From: Dictyostelium discoideum
Lineage: Eukaryota
NCBI GenBank assembly: GCA_000004695.1
Contig: CM000150.2
Coordinates: 1,184,001-1,248,000 of the forward strand
Length of the DNA: 64,000 nucleotides
Direction: 5' to 3'
This document shows, in pieces, positions 1 to 22,733 of the stretch. Position 1 is the stretch's first letter; each line of letters begins with the position of its first letter. The notes under the pieces are model-generated. The model worked only from the letters and a program-made list of their open reading frames with translations. It did no database searches and had not been told where the DNA came from. The translations under genes and the position numbers were made by a program.

Positions 1-169
1 TAGAGTAGTTATGAATTGGTTAGGTGCAATAGTATTAAATTTATTATTACCAAAATGGATTAATGCGACACCTGAAGAAAGAAAGAAAACTTTCCATCCA
101 ATTAATTTAATCTTAAAATGTGTTGGTACTGCTGGTGTTGTTGCTAGTTTAATCATTTTAAATAAATAA
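1..169 (+). CDS. 3' terminal fragment of an upstream gene, continuing left of the window; hydrophobic C-terminus ...NWLGAIVLNLLLPKWINATPEERKKTFHPINLILKCVGTAGVVASLIILNK*
   Basis: Open frame from pos 11 to TAA at 167-169. Codon composition is unlike the flanking poly-A/T intergenic DNA. A membrane-protein tail is inferred from the hydrophobic stretch only. Confidence 0.4.
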   Translation, partial: RVVMNWLGAIVLNLLLPKWINATPEERKKTFHPINLILKCVGTAGVVASLIILNK

Positions 170-171
170 AA

Positions 172-203
<32 letters not shown>

Positions 204-208
<5 letters not shown>

Positions 209-225
209 CTGGAATTCCAGTTTTT
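204..225. promoter_or_regulatory. Perfect 22-bp palindrome AAAAACTGGAATTCCAGTTTTT immediately 3' of the stop codon of the partial upstream gene
   Basis: The sequence is its own reverse complement and sits between poly-A and poly-T runs. It may be a 3'-end hairpin, or a factor site in the shared regulatory region with the DENN gene, whose ATG lies ~470 bp downstream. Confidence 0.4.
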
Positions 226-693
226 AAAATTTCATTTTATAAATATATCTTATTTTTTTATTAGTTTGTTTTATTTTATTTTATATTATTTTATTTTTGG
301 GGAAGATGAGTAATTTTTTAATATCTAGATATTTCCTTGTTTAAAAATTTTTTTTTTTTTAAAAATAAAAAAAAAAAAAAAAAAAAAAAATTTATATTTA
401 TTCATATTCAATTGAAACAATGAAAAAAAAAAAAGATTTCTCTCTTTTGGAATAAGATAATTATTAAATTATTAAATTTCTTTTGTGTTTTTTTTTTAAA
501 AAAAAAAAATTTTATTTTTTATTTTTTATTTTTTTTTTTTAATTTTATTTTTTATTTTTTATTTTTTTTTTTTTTGTTTTTCTTTTTTATTTTTCAAAAA
601 CTGGGTGGTGGTGTTTAATTATTTTTTAATTAATCTCAATTCCATCAATATAAAATACAATATACAAATACAATATAACTAAATATTTATGAG

Positions 694-3746
<3,053 letters not shown>

Positions 3747-3971
3747 AATAAAAATAAAAATAATAATTTATAATATTAAAATAATAATAATTTATTTAAT
3801 TTTTGGAGGTTTAGATATCTTCTATGGTTGTTGTATTTTATCTATTTAATGATTGATAATTAAGTGACGATTGGTACCCTCTCTCTCCCCCTTTTCAAAT
3901 TCTAAATATTTTCTAATTTAAAAATTAAAAATTTAATTTATTTATATAATTTATTTAAATTTTTTATTTAT

Positions 3972-4688
3972 TTAGTTAAATTTTAATTTTAAAATTTGAT
4001 CATGATTAAAATCTATACGTGTCATTAAAATTTTTTGAACTTCAGAAGAAGATAATTTCCAAGTTGGTGAATTACGATTTTCATTCCAATGATCTTCGAC
4101 TTCAGAGATTGATTCTAAAATTAAAAATGAAGAGATTTGATTAAGTTTACTAAATTTATCACGAATTGTAGATTGAGAGATTTTAGTGAAATAAGTTGAT
4201 ATGGCTCTAAGATCTTTACCAAATTGTAAACCACCTAAAAGTGTAAACTTTTTTTGTTGAATAGTTATACCTTCAATCTTTTTCAAAATGAATTGAATAG
4301 TTTGATGTACTAGGTAATCATAGTTTGTATTTGAGAGATGCTCTTGAAATGGTTTAAAGAAATGTGATATCTCCAATGTAAATTGTAAAACGAATGGATC
4401 GTTTATATCATTGTTATCATATTCCAATTGATTAATTTCATAATTTACTAAAGTGAATTGATTCAATACATTCTTTAATCTTGGTTGTACACTCTTAAAT
4501 AATGATTCAATCTCTTCTTGTAAAATTTTATTAAATGATTTTGAACAATTTAAAAATTCATTACTAAGTATATTAACCTGATCTCTATCATTTTCTTGTT
4601 TCTTTTTTAATTCTAAATTTAATAAATTCCTTATAATAATAATATCATCTTTTAAATTTGATTCAAATTCATTTTCTTGTTGTTGCTC

Positions 4689-4771
<83 letters not shown>

Positions 4772-6807
4772 CAATAGATGTTGATGATGTTGATGATGAT
4801 TCTAAATCTTTTGATTTTTCATCCAATTTATAAATTGGATAAATCTTTAAACATTTTGAATCAAATTCTTTTTTTAATCTAATTATATATTCTGAGCTTG
4901 TTTCTAAATTATTTAAAACTTGTAATGAACTTTGATAATCCATTACAGATTTTGAAGAGGATCTTATTATATACTCTCTAAATATTCTCTTTAGATTATC
5001 TCTAGTTTGTGATAAAATTCTACAAAGTCTATTACAAATTACATTTAATGTTTGAATACTATGTGAATCAATTGCTCTTTGTAATGATTTTTGTAATACA
5101 AAAAATATAAAATCAATCATTGTATTATCAGTTGATTGTTGAGATTGTTGTGAATTTGATGAAGATAATGTATTACTACCACCAATACCACTACCACTAA
5201 CACTACTACTATTACTATTACTACTATTTATATTATTTTCAAAATCTAAAGATTGTAAAGAATCCATTTGAATTGCTTTATTTACACTTTCAACCATAAA
5301 GTATTCTTCCAATAATATATAATTACCAAGTAATTGATTCATTTTTTGTTTTGTTACATTTGAATAAATAGTTTGTTTCATTTGTTTGTCTTTTTCTTGA
5401 GTTAATTTTTTTAATAGTTCATTTTCTTTATTTTCTTGAGTTTGTAATTGTTGTTGATATTGTTGTTGTTGTTGTAATTGTTGTGGTTGTGGTAGTTGTT
5501 GTAATTGTTGATTTCTTGAATTTGTAATTATTAAAGATTTAATTGAATTTAATTTTTCAATTTTTTCTTTTTCTAATTTACTATAATATTGATAAATATC
5601 AGATTTAATTAAATGTTCTTTTCTAATTAAATATTTTTCATAAAATTTAGTAGCTTTACTAATCATTGAAGTTTCATCTAAAAATTGAGCGAAATTACGT
5701 GGATCAATTTTCTCTGAAACTTTACCACCGCCTCCACCACTACCACTACCACTATCTTGAATTGATTGTTGTGATTTCTCTAATTGTTGTTTATATACTA
5801 AAATATCATTTACATTTTTATTAGTTTGGAATTGATCGTTGAAAGAATCATAAACTTTTGAAGAATAATAATCACATTGTTGAGTGATGTTTAATATGAA
5901 ATGAGGACAATGTAATACACCAAATTCTGATTTTATAATTGGTAGATCATCTTCAATGATTGCTGCGAAATGTTCGAAAATCTTTGTAATCACTGAAACT
6001 GCTGAAATCGGTTTAATGGTTTTTGGTGATTGAATATAGTTTCTATAATGAGTTATCATTGCATCCAATTTCTTTGACTGATTCTTTAGATAATTGCAAT
6101 ACTTGTCAATACCTTCCAATGGTTTCTCCAATGGTACATAAAGTATACAAAATCTTAAAACTTGTTTTTGGTCATTATCTTGAAGTGATTGTTGATATTT
6201 AGATTCTATCATTGATAATAACTTCTTCTCTGCAATTGATAATTTCTCTGATGAATTATCCTCCAATACTGATTTATCAATTGATAGATATCTATTGATA
6301 TGAAATGCTGCACCTTCATAATCCTCTTTCTCTATTGATATTTGCACTCCCTCTATACAATTCTTTAAATCAATTATATCATCAACTTTCTTTAATGTAT
6401 CTTTTATTCTCTCTCTAATATTATCTAATTTCTTTACTTTTGATGATAAATTCTCTGCTAATTGACATGTACTACTAATTCTATTATTTAATTCATTTGA
6501 TTTCTTTAATGATAATGTTAAATATTCTCTAATAAAATATTTTAATATTAAAAAAAAAAAAAGAGAATTCAGTAAATAATTGTAAAAAAAAAAAAATAAA
6601 AAAAAAAAAAATAAAAAAAAATACATACGGAATTTCATTATCAAAACTTTCCATTTGAATTTCTAAATCATCCTTTAATTTTATATGCTGTTTTAAATTA
6701 ATTTCAATAGCTTTATCTCTTGATATTAAATTTTGTAAATATTTTTTAGCATCATCAATTGATAAATTACTATCTAAATTATTAAAATCTACTATTAATT
6801 CATCCAT
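3972..6807 (-). CDS. cog4: Conserved oligomeric Golgi complex subunit 4 (COG4), 2 exons on minus strand: 6807-6629 and 6528-3972 (~911 aa), intron 6628-6529 (GTATGT..TAG)
   Basis: STCQLAENLSSKVKKLDNIRERIKDTLKKVDDIIDLKNCIEGVQISIEKEDYEGAAFHINRYLSIDKSV and LEEYFMVESVNKAIQMD match the human COG4 core. The C-terminus LGGLQFGKDLRAISTYF...RIDFNHDQILKLKFN matches the COG4 C-terminus. It contains a 32-residue poly-Q tract (the (GTT)n run on + at ~4683-4771). Confidence 0.8.
4683..4771. repeat. (GTT)n on + = (CAA)n on minus; poly-Q of COG4
   Basis: ~30 units; in frame in the minus-strand CDS. Confidence 0.9.
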
Positions 6808-6923
6808 TTTTAATTTTTTTAGGGGGTGTGTGATTGTGAGTGGTGTGAAATGGAATTAACACATCATTGAAAAAAAAAAAATAAAAAAAAATAAAAATAA
6901 AAATCAAGCTTGTTGGTCAATAC

Positions 6924-6966
<43 letters not shown>

Positions 6967-7139
6967 TGAAAATTAAAAAAATAAAAATTGAAAAAAAAAA
7001 ACCAATCTTCATTAAAAAAAAAAAAAATACAAATTGATTCTTCATTAAATAAATTTTTGGATTTCATTCAACATGGACCATTTATTTTTTTATTTTTTTA
7101 TTTTTTTTTCATTTTTACATATTTTGTCTTATGAAAGCC

Positions 7140-7157
7140 CTTACAAAATTTTGTAAG
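7140..7157. promoter_or_regulatory. Perfect 18-bp palindrome CTTACAAAATTTTGTAAG in the divergent COG4 <-> tsuA intergenic region
   Basis: The sequence is its own reverse complement. It lies ~330 bp upstream of the COG4 ATG (6807, minus) and ~640 bp upstream of the tsuA ATG (7800), i.e. in a probable bidirectional promoter. Confidence 0.35.
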
Positions 7158-7280
7158 CTGAGATCAACTATTTAATAAAAAAAAAAAATTCTGATTTGAC
7201 CGTTTACAAAAAAAAAAAAAAAATAAAAAAAATAAAAAAAAAAAAATGAAAAAAACCATTGTTTTTTTTTTTTTATTTTT

Positions 7281-7311
<31 letters not shown>

Positions 7312-7799
7312 GTAATTGTTGTAAATTTTATTTTCCTCTGTGATTATTTTTAGGAGTTCAAAAAATTTTAATTTTATTATTTTTTTATTTTTTTATTTTT
7401 TTTTTTTAAAAATTATAATCACCATAGAAATTTTGGGAAAGAGGGAATTAAACACAATCAATCACACCTGTACATATTAATATTTTTTTTTTTTTAAAAG
7501 TTTTTTTTTTTTTCTTTTTTTTTTTTTTATAGTGTAAATATATTTATTTATTTGTACATATATCATAATCATAAATTTCAAAATAGCAATCAATTTAAAA
7601 TAATAAAAAATAAAAATAAAAAAATTAAAACAAAAATAAAAACAAAAATAAAAATTTTTTAATTTAAAAAAAAAAAAAAAAAAAAAAACTGATTTTCTAT
7701 TTATAAAAAAAAAAACAAAAAAAAAAAAAAAAACCCAGACAGTATTTGTAATAAAATCAATATATTAAAAAAAAAAAAAAAAAAAAAAATCATACTAAA

Positions 7800-14906
<7,107 letters not shown>

Positions 14907-15076
14907 AAAAAAAGAAAAAATTTTAAAAAAAAAAATTAAAATAATAATAATAATAAATTTGATAAATTTCATTTTTATCAATTTCTCTCTCTATTATTTT
15001 TAACTTTGTGAAAAAAAAAAAATAATAATAATAATAATAATTTCTTTTTTTTTAAAAATTTTTTTTTTTTTTATTT

Positions 15077-15454
15077 TTATCTTTTCCATGTTTTTGGGTC
15101 TTCATTAAAATAATTTCTAATTGAATTTATTGGTTGACCTTTTAAAGTTTCTTCAAATCCTTGACTAATGTAATAACCTAAAACATCTAATTTTTCAACA
15201 TTTGGAAAACCAATACCATTTTCTTTATCAAGTGGTATTATATTTTCAAATATTTTAATATCAAATTCTAATTCTCGAATTGTATCTTTTAATTTTTTAA
15301 TTATCATTTCACGACATTTGTTTGTGCAATTTGGTCCTAATTTCATTTCTTTCCAATTATATAACATCTCACTCTCTATTATTGATGATACGGTTTTTAT
15401 TGTATGTTGTTTACATTGTATTTCATCCTTAAATCCATTATTTAAATCTGTCAT
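15077..15454 (-). CDS. Small hypothetical protein (~125 aa), single exon; MTDLNNGFKDEIQCKQHTIKTVSSIIESEMLYNWKEMKLGPNCTNKCREM...NYFNEDPKTWKR*
   Basis: Clean ORF from ATG at 15454 (minus) with coding-like composition, followed upstream by a long poly-A promoter-like tract. I could not assign a family. Confidence 0.5.
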   Translation of the reverse strand: MTDLNNGFKDEIQCKQHTIKTVSSIIESEMLYNWKEMKLGPNCTNKCREMIIKKLKDTIRELEFDIKIFENIIPLDKENGIGFPNVEKLDVLGYYISQGFEETLKGQPINSIRNYFNEDPKTWKR

Positions 15455-15456
15455 TT

Positions 15457-15489
<33 letters not shown>

Positions 15490-15565
15490 GGTTTTTTAAA
15501 TTTAAAAATAAAAACTTTATTAATTTAATTTTGTTTAAAAAAAATAAAAAAACCACCCCTTTTAT

Positions 15566-15609
<44 letters not shown>

Positions 15610-15960
15610 CCTTAATCGATGTTCACCCCATTTTTATATAGGAATTTAATATATATTTTTTTAAGTTTTAGTCCAAAATCCAATACGTAATCCAAACTTT
15701 TAACACAACAAAATTTTGTATAAATAGATGTAATTATTTAAAAAAAAAAACAAAAATAACATAAAAAAAAAAAAATAACAATATTTCAAATTAAAAATAA
15801 ATATAATTATTAATTTAACCTATATTTATTTATTTCTTTATATATTTAGCTATTGGTTTTTTTATTTATTCATTTGTATACTTATTTATTTATTTATTTA
15901 TATAAAATTTATTTAAAAAAAAAAAAAAAAAAAAAAATATTATTTATATATTCCATAAAA

Positions 15961-16073
15961 ATGAAAAAAGTAATTACACTTTTAGCTTTAATGGCTGCAG
16001 CTCAAATTTATGCCCAAGGTCAAGGTAATTTATAAAATTTTATTATTAAATAATATAAAAATAGTACCAACAC

Positions 16074-16105
<32 letters not shown>

Positions 16106-17386
16106 ATTGTAGAATGTATAAATTTATCAGAGAATGAATGTCATAGAAATTCTTCATGTGTACCAGTTAATTTTAAAAAATGTTGTGGTGATCAACAATT
16201 TGCATGTTATGAAGGCGATTTTAATAGTTGCCACTATATTACCAAATGTTATAAATCATCCAAGAGTCTAGATGTTATTGAATCAACCAATGAATGTTAT
16301 ATTCCACCAGCAGGTTATGAATTATTCGAGCCAGTTTCATCATGTACAAATGATGAATTAAAACATTGTTCAGATCAAGGTAAACAATGTATTTTCAAGA
16401 GAAATGATTGTCCAAATCCAACATCGTGTTGTCCAGGTCATGGTGTTTGTGAAGATTTTAATAGAAGTGAAAGCGGTAGTGGAAATAAGGAACAAATTTC
16501 AACTACTGGAAATACTGGACCTCAAACTAGAGGATTTACAATTTCAGGTACAGGTGGTACAGGATCAGTTCCAATTGATGCATGTACAAATGTTCTCTGT
16601 CAACAAGGTGAGCATTGTGAAGTTGACCAAGATGGAAGAGCACATTGCTATGTTAATATTGAATCAATTGGTACACTTCCATTAGGTTGTTTAAATGTTG
16701 TTTGTCAACCACACCAACATTGTGAAATTGATAAAGAATCAGGTTTAGCTCATTGTGTATTAGATATTAATCCAATAGGATTCACTACAATTGATGCATC
16801 TTCAACAGTTGCTGGATCATCTTCAACAACTGGTGGTAGTGGTGGTACAGGTTCAAATGATATTTGTTCAAATGTGCATTGTCCAGATAATTATCATTGT
16901 GAAATGAGACAAGATGGAAAAGCACAATGTGTAGCTGACATAAATGCAATTGGCTTCACCACAAGTGGTGCCAGTACTAATGGTTTAATTCCACCAGCAT
17001 CAACTGGTTGGAGTGATGTTTGTTCAAATGTAATTTGTCCACCAGGTTATTATTGTCAAAAGAATGAACAAACTGGTAAAGCAGATTGTTTAAATTATTC
17101 CTCATCAACCACTGGTGGGGGTACAGGTTCAACAACAGGTTCCATTGATGTTTGTTCAAATGTAATTTGTCCACCATATTTCCATTGTGAAAAGAATGAT
17201 AAAGGTTGGGCCCAATGCGCTGCTGATATCAATGCTATAGGTTTCTCAACTTCAAGTACTAATGGACTTGTTTCAACCACTGGTTCAAATGATGTTTGCC
17301 AAAATGTTCATTGTCCACAATTTTTCAAATGTGAAAAGAATGAAAATGGTTTGGGTGAATGTGTATCAACACTTATTCCATTGTAA
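15961..17386 (+). CDS. Secreted cysteine-rich repeat protein, 2 exons: 15961-16024 (signal peptide MKKVITLLALMAAAQIYAQGQ) and 16113-17386; six tandem ~37-aa modules C-x-NV-x-C-x4-[HYF]-C-[EQ]-x5-6-[AG]-x-C joined by DINAIGF(T/S)TS linkers
   Basis: Signal peptide, phase-1 intron (GTAATT..TTGTAG) and Gly/Ser/Thr linkers. The modules resemble Dictyostelium CTDC / follistatin-N-like Cys repeats seen in spore-coat / prespore proteins (an inference from the motif only). Confidence 0.75.
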
Positions 17387-17671
17387 AAAAAACAATATTT
17401 ATTAAAATAAATTATTGATGGAAACATTCAGGTTTGGCATCAAAAAAAAAAAAAAAAAAAAAATTAAATGAATTTTTTATTCAAATAAAAAAACAAAAAA
17501 TACATAAAATGAAAGTAATCATACTGGTTTTTTTTTTTTTTTTTTTTTTTGGTATAGTTTATTTTTAGAATTTAATTGTTTATCATTCATTTTTGTAATG
17601 GTTTTTTTATTAAAAAGAAAAACCAGTGGGGAATATATTTAATATAAAAAATGGATTTAAAAAAAAAAAAA

Positions 17672-17709
<38 letters not shown>

Positions 17710-18710
17710 TAGTTTTTTTTTTTTAATTAAATAAAAAAAAAGATAGTTTTTTTTTTTTTAAAAAAATAAAAAAAAATTGATACACTTTTTAGAAATAATT
17801 TCACATAGAATCATTCAATTATCAATAAATTATTGCTTCTTTTATTTAATAAAAATAAAGTAATTAATAACGAACTGAAAAAATAAAAAAAAATAAAAAA
17901 AAAAAATAAAAAAAAATAAAAATAAAAAAATAAAATTTCAAAAACAAATTCAGTGAAAATATCTAGTTTTTTACAAATAAGATCATTTTTATAAAAAAAA
18001 AAATTAATTTAAAAAACTAATAATTTTAAAAAAATAAATATAAATTTTAAAAATTAATAAATAAATAATTAAACAAATTTGACAATTTTTTTATGGTGGG
18101 AAATCAATTCTGGTCAAAATTAAATTCCATCAAAAAAAAAAAAAAAGAAAAAATAATTAAAATTGATGATGAAGAAAAGCGATCAAAAGCTTGAAAATTT
18201 CAAAAAAAAAAAAAAAAAAAAAAAAAAAAGATCTTTTTTAATAATTGAAAAATTTTATTTTTTTATTTTTTTTTTATTTTTTTTTTTTTCTGGTATTATC
18301 ATAAACCAAACCCCTTTTTATTGATTTTTTTTTTTTTTTTTTTTCTTAAGCTTTTTTTTTTTATTTTTCTATTTTTTTTTTTTTCTTCATATTTTTTTTC
18401 ATTTTAACACAATCACAATTGTATATATATATATAAAAAAAAAAAAAAAATAAACAAATAAATAATTATTTTAATTTTTTTTTTTTTTTTTTTTTGTACA
18501 TTCTTTTTCCACTTTTAATTAATTTTATTTATTTTTAATTTTTTTAAAATAAAAATTTTTAAAAATTTAAAAATTAAAAAAATAAACAAATAAATATTAA
18601 TATCTCACACACACTCACACAAGATAATTTATATAACTTAAACAAAACTTTTTTTTTTTAAAGAATATTAGAAATTATAACAATAGTAGTAAAAATATAA
18701 AAAAAACAAA

Positions 18711-21700
18711 ATGACAGGACACACAGGAGATGTTTCACAAGTTCACGATATTGAGATTTTAGCATTAAATCCAACTGTAAATAAACATGCCACTTTTAAA
18801 CCAACCATTGTATCAAAAAAAGATAAAGAAAATTGGGCAAGACTTGACCATTGTAAAAAAGTATGTAATAACTATTTAATGTTTTTTTTTTTTTTTTTTC
18901 AAATTTTTTTTTTTTTTTTTTGAATCTCTATTTTTTAAAAATCTAAAAATAAAATCATAAAAAAAAAAAAAACATAATCTAACTTTTTATTTTTTAAATA
19001 AAGGGATGTGAATTAAAAAATGATTTTGAAGATGTTAAACCAACAACATTAACAGAGAGAGGAGCATTATTTGAATCAGCAAGATGTTTAAAATGTGCAG
19101 ATGCACCATGTCAAAAAGGATGTCCAACTCAATTGGATATTAAATCATTTATTAGTTCAATTTCAACCAAAAACTATTATGGAGCAGCAAAGACAATTTT
19201 CTCTGATAATCCATTAGGTTTAACATGTGGTATGGTTTGTCCAGTTAGTTCATTATGTCAATATGGTTGTAATTTAGCAGCAACAGAAGAGGGACCAATC
19301 AATATTGGTGGTCTTCAACAATTTGCCACTGAAGTATTCAAAAAGATGAATATTCCACAAATTCGTGATCCATCCTTAACACCATTGAGTCAATTACCAG
19401 AGAGTTATAAAGCAAAGATTGCTTTGATTGGTTGTGGTCCAACCTCAATTAGTTGTGCAACATTTTTAGGTCGTTTAGGTTACACAGATGTCACCATCTT
19501 TGAAAAGGAACAATACTTGGGTGGTCTTAGCAGTAGTGAAATTCCAAACTATCGTCTCAATTATGAAGTGGTTGAATTTGAAATCAAGTTAATGAAAGAT
19601 TTAGGTGTAAAAGTTGAATATGGTAAACGTTTAGGTGAGAATGGCTTCACCGTTGAATCATTACAAAAACAAGGTTATGAAGCCATTTACTTGGGTATTG
19701 GTATGCCTGAACCAAAGATTGATCCAGTCTTTAACGAGTTGACAAGTGATCAAGGTTTTTTCAGTAGTAAAGAGTTCTTACCAAAAGTTAGCAAAGCCTC
19801 AAAGGCTGGTATGTGCGGTTGTAAATCACAATTACCACAACTCAATGGTAGAGTTATTGTATTGGGTGCTGGTGATACCGCTTTCGATTGTGCTACCTCT
19901 GCTTTCCGTTGCGGTGCATCACGTGTTACCGTTTGTTTCCGTCGTGGTTTCTCTGATATGAGAGCCGTTCCTGAAGAAGTTGACATTGCCAAGGATGAAC
20001 GTTGTGAGTTCCTTCCATACGTTTTACCAAAACAAGTCATTAAACGTGATGGAAAAGTTGTAGCTATGGAATTCTATAAAACTGAAAAAGGTGATGATGG
20101 TAATTACTCTGTAGACGAAGATCAATTCTTCCGTGTAAAATGTGATTATATCATCTCTGCTTTTGGTAGTCAAATTGGTAGTGTCGCTGAATCTTGTTCA
20201 CCATTACAATTCAATAAATGGGGTACTGCAGACATTGACCCAATGACAATGACAAGTAAACATGCCGAATGGTTATTCTGTGGTGGTGATTTAGTTGGTA
20301 ATGGTACAACCGTAGAAGCTGTAAATGATGGTAAAACCGCCTCTTGGAATATTCATAAATATTTACAATCACTCCATGGTATTCCAATTCCAGATGGTCC
20401 ACCACAATTACCAAATTTCTTTACACCAATTGATCTTGTGGATATTAGTGTTGAAATGTGTGGTATGAAATTCCCAAACCCATTTGGTTTAGCATCTGCA
20501 ACACCAGCCACCAGTGCCGCTATGATTAGACGTTCATTTGAACAAGGTTGGGGTTTCGCTGTCACCAAGACTTTCTCATTGGATAAAGATCTCGTTACCA
20601 ATGTTTCACCAAGAATTGTTAGAGGTACCACTAGTGGTCATCATTTTGGTCCAGGTCAAGGTGCTTTCCTTAACATTGAACTTATCTCTGAAAAAACTTG
20701 TCACTATTGGTGTAAAGCTATCGGAGAATTAAAGAGAGATTTCCCAGATCGTATTGTTATCGCTTCAATTATGTGTGGTTTCAACAAAGAAGATTGGACT
20801 CAATTGGCTAAAATGGCTGAAGCATCTGGTGCCGATGGTATTGAACTCAATCTTTCTTGTCCACATGGTATGGGTGAAAAAGGTATGGGTTTGGCATGTG
20901 GTCAAGATACTGAATTGGTTTTCCATATTTGTCAATGGGTTAGAGCCGCCACTAGATTACCATTCTTTGCAAAATTAACTCCAAATGTAACTGAAATTAA
21001 AGAGATCGCCAAAGCTGCACATGATGGTGGTGCCGATGGTGTTACCGCTATCAATACCGTCTCTGGTTTAATGGGATTAAAAGGTGATAGTAACGCTTGG
21101 CCAGCAATTGGTGATGAGAAACGTACAACATACGGTGGTGTTTCAGGTAATGCTACTCGTCCAATTGCTTTACGTGCAGTTTCTTCCATTAGAAAATCTT
21201 TACCAGATTATCCAATTATGGCAACTGGTGGTGCTGATTCTGCTGATGCCACTATTCAATTCCTCCATTGTGGTGCTTCAGTAGTTCAAATTTGTTCATC
21301 CGTTCAAAATCAAGATTTCACCGTCGTTCAAGATTATATCACTGGTCTTAAGACTTATCTTTACATGCAATCTCGTGAAGATTTATTGCAATGGGATGGT
21401 CAATCACCACCAAATGAAATCATAAACAAAAATCCAAAATTAAAAGGTTTACCAAAATTCGGTAAATATCTTTTAGAACGTAATAGAATCGATACTGAAG
21501 AGAAACAAAACATTGATTTACAAAAAGTTAAGAATCCATTAGTACCATCACCAAATCCAACTCATCCAGTTCCATCTCTCAAAGATCAAATTAATCGTGC
21601 AATCCCAAGAATTGGTCGTCATGATGATCTTAAACGTGATCAACAAGTAGTTGCTCTTATCGATGAAGATAAATGTATCAATTGTGGTAAATGTTATATG

Positions 21701-21883
21701 ACTTGTAATGATTCTGGTTATCAAGCTATTAAATTCGATGGTAAAACTCATATTCCATTAGTCACTGATTTATGTACTGGTTGTGATTTATGTTTATCAG
21801 TTTGTCCAGTACCAGATTGCATTACAATGGTACCACGTGAAACAATTTATGTACCAGATAGAGGTTTAACTGTCCAAAATTAA
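18711..21883 (+). CDS. pyd1: Dihydropyrimidine dehydrogenase [NADP+] (DPD), 2 exons: 18711-18860 and 19004-21883 (~1009 aa)
   Basis: Collinear over the full length with human DPYD: ILALNP...[96 protein letters not shown]-terminal 4Fe-4[20 protein letters not shown]...[12 protein letters not shown]. The phase-0 intron is GTATGT..AAAG. Confidence 0.9.
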
Positions 21884-21910
21884 ATAAAAAAAAATAAAAA
21901 AAAAATAAAA

Positions 21911-21950
<40 letters not shown>

Positions 21951-22189
21951 ATTTTTTATTCTAACTACCTTTTAATTATCTTTTAAAAATATTAAATTAA
22001 AATAATAACAAATTATTTTAAAAAATTAAACAAATTTAATTTTTTAATAACTTCAACTTTATTATATTTGGAAATTAATTTAATAATACCCTGCATTTGA
22101 TAGAGTTCCTATTATTAAAAAAATAAAAAAATAATGTTAAGAAAAAAAAAAAAAAAAAACACTTTTAAATTTTATATTATAATAGTCTC

Positions 22190-22733
22190 TTAATAAATAC
22201 TTGAAAAATTATCAACAATTAAATTTGCATTCTCTTTTGATAATGTATTAATATCAAACCAAAAAACTAGAAATAAATTATTTGTTTTTAATATTATAAT
22301 TCTTTTATTTAAACACTCTCCAAATAATTTATTTTCATCATCTTTTGTAATTAAAAATTTTAAATCTATTTTTATATGAAATTGAATAGTTAGTTTATAT
22401 ATATTTAAAAATAAAAAAAATAAAAAAATTAGGAGAGTTACCTTTAATAGAAATATAATTTACTAAATCCTTTTCTGATTCTTTAAAATAATTTACAATC
22501 TCAGACTCTTCAATTACATCTATATAATATGATCCATAATAATATAAATTTTTACCTTGAAGATTTAAGATTTGGCAACCTAAAAAACCATTTTTTATAA
22601 TTTTATTTTCTTTTTTTTAATTATACATATATTTTTTTTAATTAATAATATTTAATTATAAAAATAAATATTATTTATTTTTCATACCAATTAAATTTTC
22701 CCATGTGCTTTTATTTTCATTTTGTTCATTCAT
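22190..22733 (-). CDS. Candidate small 3-exon gene (86 aa): exons 22733-22688, 22579-22442, 22266-22190; MNEQNENKSTWENLIG|CQILNLQGKNLYYYGSYYIDVIEESEIVNYFKESEKDLVNYISIK|VFWFDINTLSKENANLIVDNFSSIY*
   Basis: Three coding-like segments link with consistent phases through GTATGA..TTTTTTAG and GTAACT..TTTCTAG introns. They sit in an otherwise gene-free 1.2 kb gap flanked by poly-A tracts. There is weak resemblance to Roadblock/LC7-LAMTOR-type small proteins (LNLQGKNLYYYGSYY). This is speculative. Confidence 0.3.

Noticed and set aside
6529-6644. N-terminal extension MIMKFRMYFFLFFFF... of the 890-aa minus ORF, and the overlapping 92-aa ORF tail ...YVFFFIFFFF.
   Set aside because: Both run through the 100-nt intron (6628-6529) of COG4. 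The true protein joins ...FDNEIP to EYLTLSLKK... across it.
19746-21751. Seven short ORFs (60-96 aa) on other frames/strands inside the pyd1 exon (19746, 19750, 20211, 20353, 20538, 20754, 20932, 21084, 21548).
   Set aside because: They are embedded in a 2.9-kb exon whose main frame is collinear with human DPYD. They are chance ORFs in relatively GC-rich coding DNA.
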